Positions 63,818 through 64,000 of a DNA stretch of 64,000 nucleotides are shown piece by piece. This stretch comes from an uncultured virus (IMG/VR IMGVR_UViG_3300049982_000266) (lineage: Duplodnaviria > Heunggongvirae > Uroviricota > Caudoviricetes). Under the pieces are notes generated by a model that did not search any database, was not told where the DNA came from, and worked only from the letters and a program-made list of their open reading frames with translations. Position numbers and translations under genes: made by a program. Every line of letters starts with the position of its first letter. Within the stretch, counting starts at the first letter, position 1. The stretch lies in IMG/VR virus record IMGVR_UViG_3300049982_000266; one strand, given 5' to 3'.

Positions 63818-64000
63818 TCAGCGGTGCGCGCCGCCACGGGGGCGGAAAGCCACCCCGGCAGCCGCGAGCATCCGGTGCACGGAGCCGTACGCGCGGCCGT
63901 GCCGGTCGGCGAGCGCGCGGATGCTGGAGCCCGCCACGTAGGCGTTCACCATCTGGCGGGTCAGCGTGTCTCGGGCGTCGCCCTTCACACGCTCGCCGTG
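63818..64000 (-). CDS. Small actinobacterial HTH protein (5' end outside window)
   Basis: 'G..R...AY.AGSSIRALA..HGRAYGSVHRML..AGV.FRPRGG'. Confidence 0.8.
   Translation of the reverse strand, partial: HGERVKGDARDTLTRQMVNAYVAGSSIRALADRHGRAYGSVHRMLAAAGVAFRPRGGAHR

Noticed and set aside
1..64000. Genome-wide TAG recoding, prompted by the in-frame collagen junction
   Set aside because: TAG ends many clearly complete genes (capsid, major tail, SSB, giant protein) at their expected C-termini; no suppressor tRNA was seen.
1..64000. Integrase, att sites, tRNAs, reverse transcriptase/DGR
   Set aside because: None recognised in this window; lifestyle (temperate or lytic) cannot be decided here.

Overview
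The whole window is one continuous segment of a very GC-rich, actinobacterial siphovirus-type phage or prophage. No host genes, integrase or att site were seen. Almost every real gene is on the minus strand, so the genome reads right to left. From 64.0 to 41.5 kb are small accessory and regulatory genes: HTH proteins, DUF1653, endolysin and holin, SSB, an MmcB-like nuclease, a HicA/HicB-like pair, DUF1643, a secreted HNH/DUF1524 nuclease, a MazG-like protein, an HEXXH metallohydrolase and VRR-NUC. These are followed by the terminase large subunit and a portal fused to a MuF domain. A 13.5-kb insert of large multidomain proteins then precedes the HK97-type prohead protease, major capsid, a collagen-fibre/glycosyltransferase locus, head-tail connectors, major tail protein, a frameshifting tail chaperone, tape measure, Dit and a minor tail protein that runs off the left edge. 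Four observations stand out. (1) Three large proteins between portal and protease share one N-terminal module (K..F.E..HPRD..GRFIE plus an SH3-like fold) but carry different payloads: a zincin peptidase, a Zn-ribbon/OB fold, and an ADP-ribosyltransferase with ParB. They look like a leader-addressed, protease-matured head-cargo system with candidate early-expressed immunity genes. (2) E-x-K motifs recur across all head proteins and may be maturation sites. (3) A collagen-fibre module is split across gene boundaries in an anchor/extender/tip arrangement around an antisense glycosyltransferase. (4) Two repeated promoter-like motifs separate accessory from virion/lysis genes, often with leaderless starts. 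Family assignments come from motifs recognised by eye, not from database searches.
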